Below, piece after piece: positions 63,686-64,000 of a stretch of 64,000 nucleotides of DNA (its first letter is position 1; each line of letters starts with the position of its first letter). Below the pieces are notes generated by a model. It saw only the letters and a program-made list of their open reading frames with translations, did not search any database and was not told where the DNA came from. The stretch is from NCBI GenBank assembly GCA_963422685.1, contig OY730442.1, positions 1,327,085-1,391,084 on the forward strand. Reading direction: 5' to 3'. The position numbers were made by a program, and so were the translations under genes. The DNA is from Arenicellales bacterium (GTDB lineage: Bacteria > Pseudomonadota > Gammaproteobacteria > Arenicellales > Poriferihabitantaceae).

Positions 63686-64000
63686 CGAGTACATGTTTTT
63701 GCTAGGTTGCTTTTTTACTGGCATCGGATTGTGCTTTTTCAAATGCCAAAATATCCTGTTCTTCTGCTTCAACATTAAACTCAACACAACTTTAAAAAAC
63801 AATTTCCTAAATTACACACGTACCTTTCCCAGCTTATAATGCTTTCTCGAATATACTAACAAACATTGGTATATTAATTACTTCTTGAACTAATTCGATA
63901 TATTTTTTTACGATAGCTTTAATTTGGTATTTCGCTTCAGCTTAATGTGCAATTTCATCAAGTAGTTCTTTACTTGATTCATTGGTTTTTACCACGAATG

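Overview
All calls come from reading the translated ORFs and the raw sequence; no searches were run. This is a chromosomal segment of a gammaproteobacterium. The synteny is Pseudomonas/Cellvibrionales-like: purM-purN-DUF3108, rplM-rpsI, an rpoD 3' end followed by tRNA(CAU), hemB, ubiE-ubiJ-ubiB and gcdH. Two perfect parS sites suggest the region is near the origin.

About 45 genes look intact. Most are accessory catabolism and transport genes:
- an IclR / GMC oxidoreductase / FMN 2-hydroxyacid dehydrogenase / O-methyltransferase block
- a glutamine-synthetase-like plus cytochrome P450 block
- a homoprotocatechuate-type meta-cleavage block with a TctCBA transporter
- a sulfatase / sulfotransferase block
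- an RND efflux operon

The dominant pattern is gene decay. At least 18 loci are frameshifted, truncated or carry nonsense codons. They include purM, purN, a ferredoxin and its reductase, TMADH-like and GcvT-like genes, three solute-binding-protein fragments, three kinds of IS element, phage debris, an orphan rpoD 3' end, and a PstI/BsuBI-type R-M pair.

The most unusual observation is a small ORF module (KYI.NPKR...RYE.Y...YM.IC...DL.(W/Y)D..G(Y/F)..I...LK.K..KP) that occurs twice. Each copy abuts the 5' end of a downstream enzyme gene (hemB, and an Asp/Glu-racemase-family gene) and reads into it or nearly into it. I cannot assign it to a named family.

One tRNA gene and one tRNA 3'-fragment in the same orientation bracket a 24.8 kb accessory block. 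No CRISPR array or rRNA gene was seen.
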